Assembly: GCA_030637655.1 (NCBI GenBank)
Contig: DAOWGI010000026.1
Location: forward strand, 1-31,298
DNA length: 31,298 nucleotides
Direction: 5' to 3'
DNA from: a candidate division FCPU426 bacterium
GTDB taxonomy: Bacteria > Oederibacteriota > JAAXVQ01 > JAUVAV01
Shown: piece after piece, positions 9,996 through 19,216 of the stretch
Position numbering within the stretch: position 1 is the first letter of the stretch
How the letters are laid out: each line of letters starts with the position of its first letter
Made by a program: the position numbers and the translations under genes
The notes under the pieces: model-generated
Database searches by the model: none
Seen by the model: only the letters and a program-made list of their open reading frames with translations
What the model was told of the DNA's origin: nothing

Positions 9996-11384
9996 TTATT
10001 GACAAGAATTTTCCTTCAATTGTACCATTAATCGGTTAATTAAATTACGAAGTTTTTCATCACTGGTTAATTTTTCTTTAATTTTATCCAAGGCATAAAT
10101 AACCGTACTATGATCCTTGCCTCCAAAAAAACGACCTATCTCAGGTAAAGAAAAGTCAGTCAATTCACGGGCTAAATACATGGCAATTTGACGGGGAAAA
10201 ACAATAGAAGCGGTTCGCTTTTTGGCTTTTATATCCGATACTTTTAAATTAAATTCTTTAGACACATTATCAGTAATCAATTCAATGGTAATGGGACGAT
10301 AGTCATTTGAAAAGAGATCGCGAAGCACTTCACGGGTTAAATTTAAGGAAATTTCACTTTTCGTAAGACTGGAATAGGCAATTACACGAATCAAACAGCC
10401 TTCCAGTTCACGAACATTGGATTTTACTTGATTGGCAATATAAGCTAAGACATCATTGGGAATGGTAACCTTTTCCAATTCAGCTTTTTTGCATAAAATA
10501 GCCACCCGGGTTTCAAAATCAGGCGTTTGAATATCGGAAACCAAACCCCACTCAAAACGCGAACGTAAACGCTCTTCCAGTTTAATTTCTTTAGGATGAG
10601 AGTCGGAAGTAGCGACTATTTGTTTATGTACATTATATAAATCATTAAAAGTATGAAAAAATTCCTCTTGCGTACTTTCTTTACCAACTAAAAATTGAAT
10701 ATCATCAATAAGCAAAACATCCACAGTACGGAAACGATCTCGAAAAGCACGCATGGTGCCGGAACTGATGGACGCAATCATTTCATTCATAAATTTTTCG
10801 GAGGAAACATATAAAACACGTTTTTCCGGAGTTGAGTACTTAATAAAATTACCAATGGCTTGTAAAAGATGGGTTTTGCCTAAACCGACACCGCCATAAA
10901 TAAATAAAGGATTATAAGACTTGGCAGGAGCCTCAGCCACAGCCAGGGCGGCCGCTTGAGCAAAACGATTACTATTTCCAACCACGAAACTGGAAAAAGT
11001 GTATTTTGCATTAATGGGCGTGCCGCCAATAGAATTGTTTTGAGAAGCAGAATTAAAAAAGGAAGAAGAAGTTATATCAAACGGCGGAGTTAAAGAAGAA
11101 TTGGAAGGAGAAGAAGATGGTTTAGCCTGTAACTCAGAGGAAACAATGAAATAAATGGAAATTTTGTGTTTTGCGATACGCGCGGAAATATCCTGAAGCA
11201 GGGAGATATAATGTTCATTTAACCAATCACAAAAAAAACGACTGGGAACTTCAATGACTAATTTGTTCTCAGTGAAAGACAAGGCGCGAGTTGGAGTGAA
11301 CCAAGTTTCAAAGCTTTGTTTATTCAATTGATTTTGTAATTCTTGCAAAATTGTTGACCATAACTCTTGTGCAGATGCTGACAT
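9996..11384 (-). CDS. dnaA: Chromosomal replication initiator DnaA
   Basis: YNPLFIYGGVGLGKTHLL, DVLLIDDIQF, RLRSRFEWGL, NVRELEG, GGKDHSTV. Start moved to ATG 11384 (MSASAQELW, GAGG RBS), 462 aa. Confidence 0.98.
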   Translation of the reverse strand: MSASAQELWSTILQELQNQLNKQSFETWFTPTRALSFTENKLVIEVPSRFFCDWLNEHYISLLQDISARIAKHKISIYFIVSSELQAKPSSSPSNSSLTPPFDITSSSFFNSASQNNSIGGTPINAKYTFSSFVVGNSNRFAQAAALAVAEAPAKSYNPLFIYGGVGLGKTHLLQAIGNFIKYSTPEKRVLYVSSEKFMNEMIASISSGTMRAFRDRFRTVDVLLIDDIQFLVGKESTQEEFFHTFNDLYNVHKQIVATSDSHPKEIKLEERLRSRFEWGLVSDIQTPDFETRVAILCKKAELEKVTIPNDVLAYIANQVKSNVRELEGCLIRVIAYSSLTKSEISLNLTREVLRDLFSNDYRPITIELITDNVSKEFNLKVSDIKAKKRTASIVFPRQIAMYLARELTDFSLPEIGRFFGGKDHSTVIYALDKIKEKLTSDEKLRNLINRLMVQLKENSCQ

Positions 11385-11471
11385 AAAAAACCTCGTAAAA
11401 ATGAATTGATGGATTTTAATATGAGTAATGAAATACCACAAACAAAAAATAAAAAAAAACGCATAAAAAAA

Positions 11472-11503
11472 CAATCCACAGAAATATCCACAGCTGTGGA
11501 AAA
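11472..11503. promoter_or_regulatory. DnaA box cluster upstream of dnaA
   Basis: caatccaca (11472-11480), atatccaca (11484-11492), tgtggaaaa (11495-11503, reverse complement TTTTCCACA). Confidence 0.8.
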
Positions 11504-11643
11504 CTATTAAAACCCATAAAAAATAAGGTTAAAAACAAGGACCGGAAGGTAAAACTATAGGATTCGGGAGAAGAAAAAAAACCAGTAAGAAAAAAGAGCC
11601 AAAGTAGGTGAAATAAATAATAAAATTATGGAGACCAATAACC

Positions 11644-11672
11644 TTGACAATAAAAAAATGATTAAGTAATAT
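11644..11672 (+). promoter_or_regulatory. Sigma70-type promoter, probably for the rpmH operon
   Basis: TTGACA-N17-TAATAT. Confidence 0.65.
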
Positions 11673-11693
11673 GCCAGAATGTCTAAATATTTT

Positions 11694-11907
11694 GTAACTA
11701 CTCAGGTGGGTAAAGAAAGTATTCAAATATTTACGCCTGGCAGGTCACTTTGGTCTTTTTTCAAGCATTGCAAAGCGGAAAACCAAGGTCTAGGCTGGTA
11801 ATGGGCAATAGGGGGATATGCTTTTCTAAACCACATCTCCGCAGTTACCGCTGCCACCCTTGAAAAAAGACCAAAGCGCCCGGCTTCTTGCGGACCTGAG
11901 TAGTTAC
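11694..11907. mobile_element. 214-bp MITE, copy 1 (GTAA-type ends, IS66-like)
   Basis: Perfect 14-bp TIR gtaactactcaggt / acctgagtagttac; flanking aatatttt / aatgtttt (7/8 direct repeat); ungapped homolog at 16536-16749. Confidence 0.85.
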
Positions 11908-11939
11908 AATGTTTTTATTATTAAAGAAAGGAAAGAAAT

Positions 11940-12077
11940 ATGAGCAAAAGAACGTATCAACCAAACAACCAAAAGAGAAAAAAAGACCATGGATTTTTAA
12001 AACGCAAGAAAACCACTGGTGGAAAAAATATCTTGCAAGCCCGAAGAAAGAAAGGAAGAGCAAAAATATCAGCTTAG
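11940..12077 (+). CDS. rpmH: 50S ribosomal protein L34
   Basis: Not in the ORF track; hand translation [45 protein letters not shown]; located just upstream of rnpA. Confidence 0.95.
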   Translation: MSKRTYQPNNQKRKKDHGFLKRKKTTGGKNILQARRKKGRAKISA

Positions 12078-12083
12078 AAAGTA

Positions 12084-12455
12084 ATGGAAAAAGAGTATAA
12101 ATTCAGTCGGAAACAGAAAATAGTAAACAAAAAACAGTTTGCTGAAGTATTTAAAAATGGGATTAAAATAAATGGTTTTTTTCTCAAAATACATGTACTA
12201 AGCCAAGAAAAAGAAAAAAAGATAGGAATTGTCATTAGTCGCAAAATTAAAGGAGCAGTGAAGCGTAATAGATACAAACGGCTGATACGTGAATATTATC
12301 GTCTGAATCAAAGTAAAACCAGCGAAGGAACGAAAATTGTAGTTGTTGTATATAGAGATATAAAACCGGACAAATATGGGGTAGTGGAAAAAGAAATCAG
12401 CAAATTGCTGAAAAAAGCTGAAAAAACAAGCAAAAATGAAAAACGTAGTAGTTAA
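12084..12455 (+). CDS. rnpA: Ribonuclease P protein component
   Basis: KIGIVISRKIKGAVKRNRYKRLIRE (RNR motif); synteny. Confidence 0.93.
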   Translation: MEKEYKFSRKQKIVNKKQFAEVFKNGIKINGFFLKIHVLSQEKEKKIGIVISRKIKGAVKRNRYKRLIREYYRLNQSKTSEGTKIVVVVYRDIKPDKYGVVEKEISKLLKKAEKTSKNEKRSS

Positions 12456-12645
12456 AATACTGAAACTTTACAAAAAATATATTTCAGCATTTTTACCCCC
12501 GGCATGTCGTTTTGTGCCAACGTGTTCTGAATATACGGCTATAGCAGTTGAGAGATACGGTATTATTAAGGGATTTGGATTGGGTGTGAAACGCATATTG
12601 CGTTGTCATCCATGGAGTCCTGGAGGATATGATCCGGTTCCTTGA
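12436..12645 (+). CDS. yidD: Membrane protein insertion efficiency factor YidD
   Basis: CRFVPTCSEY, RILRCHPW, GGYDPVP. Confidence 0.95.
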   Translation: MKNVVVKILKLYKKYISAFLPPACRFVPTCSEYTAIAVERYGIIKGFGLGVKRILRCHPWSPGGYDPVP

Positions 12646-12671
12646 GCAAAAAACGCCCGGAGGGCTTTATA

Positions 12672-14276
12672 ATGGATAGAAGATTTGTAATTTTTATTAT
12701 TGTGTCAGCTGTAATTTTGTACTTTTCTAACTTTATGGTTATGAAAAATGTAAAAAAATCAGCAAAAAACGACCAAAGTGTTGAAAACGCGGAACAAATA
12801 GATCAAAAAGTACCTAAAAAATACAAAAACGAAGAAAAAACTGCTAAAAATGGCCTGGTTGAAGCGTCCCAGGAGCTGGTTGTACCAAGAACAGCCGTAA
12901 AAATTGAAACATATAAAAATGAAATGATAAAAATGACAGGAACTTCAAACGGAGCTAAGCTCACGAAAGCCAGAGTATATCGCAAGGGATTTGAAAAAGA
13001 AAAAAATGAATTGATTGATGTGCTGGAAAGAAATGAATATCTGACTATGAATACTATGCTAAATGGTCAGAACCTGCGGCTGGACGAGAAAAATTGGGAT
13101 CTGAGAACCACGGATAGTGGTTTGCAATTTGAAATTGAGCCCGTTGAGAATGTGCATATATCAAAATCACTAGAAATGGATGAAAATAAGTATACCGGAA
13201 AACTAACTATTCGCATAACGAACCGGACTAACAATGCGATTGAAGTAAAAGGAACCAAGATAAACTGGGGACCGGTAAAAAATTCAGGCAAGAGCAGGTT
13301 TAATATCATGCAAGCGGTAATACTTAACAATAATAAAATTGAGAGAATAAAAAGCAAGAAGAAAAACGAGGTGCTGGTGTTACCCATAAGCCAAGGCTGG
13401 GCCGGCATTCGTGATCAATATTTTTGTGCTTTGTTCTATGGAAAACCAGAGCTTTTTAAATCTGCTGAGGTGATTAAAAAAGATGACCAGACCCTCCAGT
13501 TGGTACTGGACATGCCAGCCAAAGTCATCCAGCCGCAGAGTGAAGGCAGTTTCGAGATCAATGTTTATTTGGGTCCGCAGAATTACAAAGAGCTGAAGAA
13601 ACTGGGCTATGATATTCATAAAATTGTTAATTTTGGAGTGTTCAGCTTTCTGTCAGTGCCAATCTATTATTTATTAAAGTTTCTATATAATGCGACTAAA
13701 AATTATGGGGTTGCAATTATTTTACTCACAATTATTATTCGTGCTCTGCTGTGGTGGCCGACCCAAAAAAGTTATACCTCCATGAAAAAAATGCAGTCCT
13801 CGATGAGCAAGATGCAACCGCGCCTGAAAACACTAAAAGAGGTGTATCGGGATAATCCGCAGATGCTAAATCAAGAAACCATGAAATTGTACAAGGAGTA
13901 TCAAATTAATCCCATGGGTGGTTGCTTGCCCATGCTTTTGCAGATGCCGGTGTTTTTTGCGCTGTATACGACATTGACCGCTGCTGTAGAATTGAAAGGC
14001 GCGGCATTTATCTGGGTGTGGAAAGATTTATCACTCAAGGATCCGGTGTATGTATTGCCTTTTGTCATGGGAGCGACAATGTTTCTGCAACAGAAAATGT
14101 CAACACCGCCGGCAGCCACACCCGAGTCAGCTGTACAGCAAAAAATGATGCTATATATGATGCCGATTATGTTGACCTTTTTCGCTTTTATGTGGCCATC
14201 CGGATTATTGCTATACTGGGTTGTGTCCAACATATTATCCATTGGTCAACAATTCATGATCAACCGCAGATCATAA
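12672..14276 (+). CDS. yidC: Membrane protein insertase YidC with periplasmic domain
   Basis: NYGVAIILLTIIIR, NPMGGCLPMLLQMPVFFALY, WKDLSLKDP, PSGLLLYWVVSN; ATG 12672 follows a GGAGGG RBS. Confidence 0.95.
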   Translation: MDRRFVIFIIVSAVILYFSNFMVMKNVKKSAKNDQSVENAEQIDQKVPKKYKNEEKTAKNGLVEASQELVVPRTAVKIETYKNEMIKMTGTSNGAKLTKARVYRKGFEKEKNELIDVLERNEYLTMNTMLNGQNLRLDEKNWDLRTTDSGLQFEIEPVENVHISKSLEMDENKYTGKLTIRITNRTNNAIEVKGTKINWGPVKNSGKSRFNIMQAVILNNNKIERIKSKKKNEVLVLPISQGWAGIRDQYFCALFYGKPELFKSAEVIKKDDQTLQLVLDMPAKVIQPQSEGSFEINVYLGPQNYKELKKLGYDIHKIVNFGVFSFLSVPIYYLLKFLYNATKNYGVAIILLTIIIRALLWWPTQKSYTSMKKMQSSMSKMQPRLKTLKEVYRDNPQMLNQETMKLYKEYQINPMGGCLPMLLQMPVFFALYTTLTAAVELKGAAFIWVWKDLSLKDPVYVLPFVMGATMFLQQKMSTPPAATPESAVQQKMMLYMMPIMLTFFAFMWPSGLLLYWVVSNILSIGQQFMINRRS

Positions 14277-14290
14277 CCTTGACCACATAC

Positions 14291-14406
14291 AGGTAATGCC
14301 CCGTGGCTTGCCACAGGGATACTGCATACCCTCTCCCTTCCAGGGAGAGGGATAAAGGGTGAGGGTCACCTTAACATGCCCTGCGGCTTGCCGCAGGGTA
14401 ATTGAC
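14291..14406. mobile_element. IS200/IS605-like non-autonomous palindrome element with a nested second hairpin
   Basis: Directly repeated hairpins atgccccgtggcttgccacaggg (14296) and atgccctgcggcttgccgcaggg (14376) followed by taattgac; between them ccctctccct-tcc-agggagaggg (14329-14351). Boundaries approximate. Confidence 0.55.
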
Positions 14407-14423
14407 AAAGGGAGGACGTATAT

Positions 14424-15140
14424 ATGCCCGAGAGTATTGGAGAGGGTAAAACTGTGGAGGCTGCAACAGAGGCAGCGCTGATGGATTTGGGATGCAAAAA
14501 GGAGGAAGCAGAGATAGAAGTGCTGCAAGAAGCGGTAAAGGGAATTTTTGGCAGGACAAAAGCAGCCCGTGTTAAGGTTATTTATAACAGAACCAACGAA
14601 AATGCCGAGGGTCTGAAAAAAGAGGATAAAACAGAGATCTCTGAACGGATAAGCCGGGAAAATATGCACGAGGCTTCGATTCAAGGGCAAAATATTGTAA
14701 CAAAGATACTTACCCTTATGGGAATTGAAAACGTTAAAATAAAGGCCAAAGAAGAGGAAAGTACGATTACCTTGGATATTCAGTGCGAGCCGGAAGGTTT
14801 ATTGATTGGAAGGCAGGGACAGACCTTGTCCTCTCTTCAGTACTTGGTCAACAGAGTCATTCACAACACAGTAAATAAGCAAATTCGCTATATTGTTGAT
14901 GTCGGCGGGTACAAGATACGCCATAAAACGATTCTTGAGAAAATGGCCAACCGCATTGCGCAAAAAGTAAGTGATTCTAAAGAGGAAGAACAACTAAAAG
15001 CTATGAGTGCTTATGATCGCCGAATTATTCATGTGTGCGTTAAGGATAACCCGGAGGTCACTACTTACAGTTTGGGAGAAGGCAATTTTCGCAGAGTTGT
15101 CATCGCGCCAAAAGACAAAGCTGTTCCGAGTGAGCAATAA
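14424..15140 (+). CDS. jag: Jag/EloR (KhpB) RNA-binding protein (Jag_N, KH, R3H)
   Basis: EGKTVEAA, GLLIGRQGQTLSSLQYL, MSAYDRRIIH, TYSLGEGNFRRVVI; GGAGG RBS; follows yidC. Confidence 0.93.
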   Translation: MPESIGEGKTVEAATEAALMDLGCKKEEAEIEVLQEAVKGIFGRTKAARVKVIYNRTNENAEGLKKEDKTEISERISRENMHEASIQGQNIVTKILTLMGIENVKIKAKEEESTITLDIQCEPEGLLIGRQGQTLSSLQYLVNRVIHNTVNKQIRYIVDVGGYKIRHKTILEKMANRIAQKVSDSKEEEQLKAMSAYDRRIIHVCVKDNPEVTTYSLGEGNFRRVVIAPKDKAVPSEQ

Positions 15141-15160
15141 TTACCAGAGAGAAAACAAAA

Positions 15161-16534
15161 ATGGATAAGCGGTCGGATACGATCGCAGCAATCAGCACAC
15201 CTCAAGGCCGAAGTGGAATAGGGATAATCCGTATTTCCGGACCAGATGCACCGGAATTGATAAACACCTTTATAAAGTCCAAGTTCAATATCTTATCTTT
15301 GCCTTCCGTTCAAACCAGGAAACTCATTCACGCCCAGGTTGTTGATCACGGGCAAGTACTTGATGAAATCTTACTCGCATACATGCCGCCAAACAAATCC
15401 TTTACTGGCGAGAGTACGGTTGAATTGAATTGTCATGGCGGAAGAGCAGTACTAGCCGCAGTGTTAGAGTGTGTCCTAAAAAGCGGAGCTCGTCTGGCAG
15501 AGACAGGAGAGTTCACCAGGAGAGCTTTTAGGAACAATCGTTTGAATCTGGTTCAAGCAGAAGCCATTAATGATTTAATACACGCCAGGACTAAAAAAGC
15601 GGTAAAGGCAGCCTGGAGACAGCTTGAAGGGGGACTAACATCGCGTTGTACGGAGTTGCGGACCGTATTATTTGACGTAGTGTCCGAGTTTCAGGCAGAG
15701 ATTGATTTTGAAGTGGAGGGCTCAAAAGAGCGCTGGATTGAGCAGATGAAAAAAGCCGGAGCACAGATACAGACCATGCTCAAGTCTGCTGAGAAAAGCA
15801 GGTATTTAACGCAAGGTTGCTGGGTTGTCATTTCCGGACCACCAAACGCCGGCAAATCAAGTATATTCAATGATATCATTAATATTGAACGGTCCATTGT
15901 ATGTGATAGCCCTGGTACAACGAGAGATCATATATCAGAAATTTTGGAAATAGATGGAATAGAAGTAAGGCTTACAGATACAGCAGGCCTAAGAGAGACT
16001 GATGATAAAATTGAATCTATATCCATTGAGAGAAGCAGGCAACAAGTAAACTCAGCAGATATTGTTGTCTATGTCTTGGATCAGAGTACTGCTTTGAATG
16101 ACCATGAGCGAAAAGAAGCCGAAAGAGTGATTGCAGAGAATGGTTTACTTGTATTGAACAAGTGCGACTTGGAAATTAGTCCAACAATGAAAGCCTTTGT
16201 TGCTAAATGTCAGAACAACAATAATGTGGTTATTATATCCATTCTATCAAATTATGGGATAGATGCTTTTTTGGATAAATTGGCAGAATGCATAAGTAAT
16301 AAGACCAAGAGCGAAGAGGACCCGTTAATTACTAATATACGACAGACCAGGTTGCTTGAATCTGCAAAAGAAGGTCTTCTTAATGCTCTCAACGCAATTG
16401 AAAAAGATAATAAGCTGGATGTAGCAATGTATGAGCTTCAGAAAACCATCGAAAGCATGTCTGAGATTATTGGAGAGATATCCAACGAAGAGATACTTGA
16501 TTCAATCTTTTCAAAGTTCTGCATTGGCAAATAA
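15161..16534 (+). CDS. mnmE: tRNA modification GTPase MnmE
   Basis: DTIAAISTP, GEFTRRAF, GPPNAGKSS, PGTTRD, DTAGLR, NKCD, FSKFCIGK C-terminus. Confidence 0.97.
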   Translation: MDKRSDTIAAISTPQGRSGIGIIRISGPDAPELINTFIKSKFNILSLPSVQTRKLIHAQVVDHGQVLDEILLAYMPPNKSFTGESTVELNCHGGRAVLAAVLECVLKSGARLAETGEFTRRAFRNNRLNLVQAEAINDLIHARTKKAVKAAWRQLEGGLTSRCTELRTVLFDVVSEFQAEIDFEVEGSKERWIEQMKKAGAQIQTMLKSAEKSRYLTQGCWVVISGPPNAGKSSIFNDIINIERSIVCDSPGTTRDHISEILEIDGIEVRLTDTAGLRETDDKIESISIERSRQQVNSADIVVYVLDQSTALNDHERKEAERVIAENGLLVLNKCDLEISPTMKAFVAKCQNNNNVVIISILSNYGIDAFLDKLAECISNKTKSEEDPLITNIRQTRLLESAKEGLLNALNAIEKDNKLDVAMYELQKTIESMSEIIGEISNEEILDSIFSKFCIGK

Positions 16535-16535
16535 A

Positions 16536-16749
16536 GGAACTACTCAGGTGTGTAAAAAAACTATTCGAGTATTCACGCCCGGCAAGTCGCTTTGGTCTTT
16601 TTTCAAGCGCGGCAAAGCGGAAAACCAGGGTCCAGGCCGACAACGGGCAATAAGGGGATGTGTTTTTCTAAACCACATCTCCGCAGTTACCGCTGCCCCG
16701 CTTGAAAAAAGACCAAAGCGACTTGCTCCTTGAAGACCTGAGTAGTTAC
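16536..16749. mobile_element. 214-bp MITE, copy 2
   Basis: ggaactactcaggt / acctgagtagttac ends; about 30 substitutions and no indels versus copy 1 (hand count); perfect 28-bp internal inverted repeat 16582-16609 / 16699-16726. Confidence 0.85.
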
Positions 16750-16763
16750 CATAAAGGCATAAA

Positions 16764-16791
16764 GTAGAGACGCACAATTGTGCCTCTCTAC
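16764..16791. repeat. 28-bp GTAG-type REP-like palindrome
   Basis: gtagagacgcacaattgtgcctctctac. Confidence 0.7.
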
Positions 16792-16799
16792 AATAGGTG

Positions 16800-16815
16800 T
16801 GTTTCACGTGGAACA
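16800..16815. promoter_or_regulatory. parS site
   Basis: tgtttcacgtggaaca, matching the TGTTNCACGTGAAACA consensus on the opposite strand. Confidence 0.9.
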
Positions 16816-16836
16816 TTCCATAAAGGAAGCGCAGTT

Positions 16837-17547
16837 ATGATAGAAAAAAAGTTCAAACAAGTGCTTAATCAGTGGGGAATCAGACCCAATGAAGAAATTT
16901 TTAGCAAATTTAGGCTATACTATAAGGAGCTGATTGCCTGGAACGAGAAAATAAACATAACTTCCATATGTGAGATAGAGGAAGTCTATATCAAACATTT
17001 TCTGGATTCAATAAGCGGCTGCCAAGTGTTTAGCTTCAACGATCAAGAAATCATAGACATAGGAACAGGGGGAGGTTTTCCAGGACTTCCCCTGAAGATT
17101 GTGTTTCCAGATCTCAAAGTAACATTTGTTGATTCATCCAAGAAGAAGATGATGGTACTCAAGGAAATATGCCAAAAGCTTAGTATCAGAGGGTGTTGGT
17201 TCGCTTCTGATAATATTGAAGCACTAGGAAGGTCTGAGCGCTTTCGTGGCAGATACCAAGTCGTTGTTACCAGGGCAGTAAGCACAATTCCTGTATTACT
17301 GGAGTATGGTATACCACTACTGGTAGAGCAGGGAGAAATTATTATTTACAAAGGTCCTAATGTGGAAAAAGAAGTGGAAAACTCGTCAAAGGCACTACAA
17401 CAACTTAATGCCAAAATCAAGAAAAGTATGGAATTTATTATGCCTTTCTCTGATATTACAAGAAAACTAGTTGTTGTGGAAAAAACCGGTAAAACGCCTG
17501 ATGAATATCCCAGAAAAACAGGAACACCAAAGAAAAGACCGCTTTAA
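16837..17547 (+). CDS. rsmG: 16S rRNA m7G527 methyltransferase RsmG (GidB)
   Basis: WNEKINITSI, KHFLDSI, IDIGTGGGFPGLPL, VVTRAV, YPRKTGTPKKRPL; start moved to ATG 16837. Confidence 0.95.
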   Translation: MIEKKFKQVLNQWGIRPNEEIFSKFRLYYKELIAWNEKINITSICEIEEVYIKHFLDSISGCQVFSFNDQEIIDIGTGGGFPGLPLKIVFPDLKVTFVDSSKKKMMVLKEICQKLSIRGCWFASDNIEALGRSERFRGRYQVVVTRAVSTIPVLLEYGIPLLVEQGEIIIYKGPNVEKEVENSSKALQQLNAKIKKSMEFIMPFSDITRKLVVVEKTGKTPDEYPRKTGTPKKRPL

Positions 17548-17703
17548 GGAATAAAGATATCCGCACAGACGCGCTGAGTTTTCAGGAAACCAGTATCCTT
17601 TACCTCCCTGGGGAGGCTGTGTCGTAATTAGATTTTAGGAGATTGCTCCTCGCAAAGATAGTAAAAGGGGTTTTGCAGCAGAATTACTTATTTATGCCGA
17701 GCA

Positions 17704-17719
17704 TGTTTCACGTGAAACA
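17704..17719. promoter_or_regulatory. parS site (perfect palindrome)
   Basis: tgtttcacgtgaaaca, ending 9 bp before the recF GTG. Confidence 0.92.
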
Positions 17720-17728
17720 GAGGTAAAA

Positions 17729-18856
17729 GTGAACATAACAACATTGAACACAACAAATTTCAGGAATATCGTAGAGTTCAAGCATGATTTCTCCCCCAGC
17801 CTCAATATTTTATTCGGAAATAATGCGCAGGGTAAAACAAATATTATTGAGGCAATATATATTATTGGGACAACAAAGTCATTCAGAAGAGTTCAGGACG
17901 AGAAATTAATTAATTTTGGGTCGGAATATGTCAAGATTGATGCAAAAATAGTCAAAAACGAGATAGAAAAGGATATTTCTATTCGTTTTTCGAGAAATAA
18001 CGGCAAAAAAATACTCTTAAATAATAAGCCGATTATAAAACACGCAGACTGTGTGGGTAACATAAACGTGACTCTGTTTTGTCCGGAAGATTTAATGATC
18101 ATTAATGGAGATGCCGCGAACAGAAGACGCTTTATAGATATCCTCCTTTGTCAAACAGACCGGGCCTACTTATCAGATTTGATAAACTTTCAGAGAATAC
18201 TTAAGCAGAGAAACAACCTTCTGAAAGAAATCAGGGAAAGTAGAAAAACCGAACTACTTGAGCCGTGGGACGAGCAGTTTTGCGAATTTTCGTGCAAAAT
18301 AACAACAAAAAGAGACCAATGTTTGAGAAAAATTAACAAAATGGCACATAAATGCCACCAAAAACTCCAATTTAATGAAAATTTAGCTCTTAAATATGTA
18401 TGTTCTATATATTCTATTGAGGAAGAAAATCAGGCTGATTGCAAAATCGCTTTTAAAAATAAGCTGAAGAGAGTGCTTAACGAGGAAATAGCTAAAGGGT
18501 TCTCTCTGCTGGGACCGCACCGGGATGATCTGGAAATAGAGATTAACCAAATAAACACGAGATTTTTTGGATCTCAGGGCCAAAAGCGCTCAGCAGCCAT
18601 CAGCCTGCGATTGGCAGAGGCCGAATACATAAAAGCAATCACAGAGGAGTATCCCATCCTTCTGTTGGATGATATTTTTTCTGAGCTTGACGAGCAGCGA
18701 AAAAATGATTTAATACATATGCTGCAAAAAAAACAGCAGATATTTATTACCGGAACCAGCCTGGCAGAATTTGCCGGCATGGCACCAGAGGCAAAGATTT
18801 TTTACATTCAGGAAGGAAAGGCAAGGATTCATGCGCATACAAAACAGACGAGGTAG
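17729..18856 (+). CDS. recF: DNA replication and repair protein RecF
   Basis: NFRN, GNNAQGKTNIIEAI, RRRFID, GPHRDDL, FGSQGQKR, PILLLDDIFSELD. Confidence 0.97.
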   Translation: MNITTLNTTNFRNIVEFKHDFSPSLNILFGNNAQGKTNIIEAIYIIGTTKSFRRVQDEKLINFGSEYVKIDAKIVKNEIEKDISIRFSRNNGKKILLNNKPIIKHADCVGNINVTLFCPEDLMIINGDAANRRRFIDILLCQTDRAYLSDLINFQRILKQRNNLLKEIRESRKTELLEPWDEQFCEFSCKITTKRDQCLRKINKMAHKCHQKLQFNENLALKYVCSIYSIEEENQADCKIAFKNKLKRVLNEEIAKGFSLLGPHRDDLEIEINQINTRFFGSQGQKRSAAISLRLAEAEYIKAITEEYPILLLDDIFSELDEQRKNDLIHMLQKKQQIFITGTSLAEFAGMAPEAKIFYIQEGKARIHAHTKQTR

Positions 18857-19157
18857 AAAAAAAAAGAATCCGGAAAAGATAGACTCAATGGTTGGAGGCT
18901 TACTCAAAAAGTGGCAAGGCCAAGCCAAGAAGCAGGAGATTATATTTTCATTGGTCTGGGAAAAGGTGGTTGGAGAACGAATTGCCAAACATACACGTTT
19001 GGATCAGATTAGAAGAAAACAAATGATTGTTGTGGCGGAAAGCTCTGCCTGGATGAATGAGTTGACTTTTCTCAAGGAAAAGATTAAAATCGAAGCTCAA
19101 AAGTCGCTTTTGGCATATGGAATAAGCATAGAAGAAGTCATTTTTAAATTGGGTTAG
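18831..19157 (+). CDS. DUF721 / DciA-family helicase-loader-like protein
   Basis: WEKVVGERIAKHT...IVVAESSAWMNELTFLKEKI; position between recF and gyrB; start moved to ATG 18831. Confidence 0.8.
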   Translation: MRIQNRRGRKKKNPEKIDSMVGGLLKKWQGQAKKQEIIFSLVWEKVVGERIAKHTRLDQIRRKQMIVVAESSAWMNELTFLKEKIKIEAQKSLLAYGISIEEVIFKLG

Positions 19158-19216
19158 TGTCTTTATTCTCAAATTTGTGTTTTTACAGCAAGAAAAATAT
19201 TCGTCGTAAATAACAG

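Noticed and set aside
11385..11474. 30-aa N-terminal extension of DnaA given by the ORF track
   Set aside because: Phe-rich translation of a T-rich untranslated leader; ATG 11384 has an RBS and matches the usual domain I start.
11694..11907. Integron attC or riboswitch interpretation of the GTAAC...GTTAC hairpins
   Set aside because: No integrase or cassette array and poor fit to RYYYAAC/GTTRRRY; 8-bp target duplications point to DDE transposition; no riboswitch consensus recognised.
16431..16816. ORFs of 90-100 aa across the mnmE-rsmG spacer, and similar ones at 11529-12100
   Set aside because: They are translations of MITE, REP, parS or rpmH-overlapping sequence.
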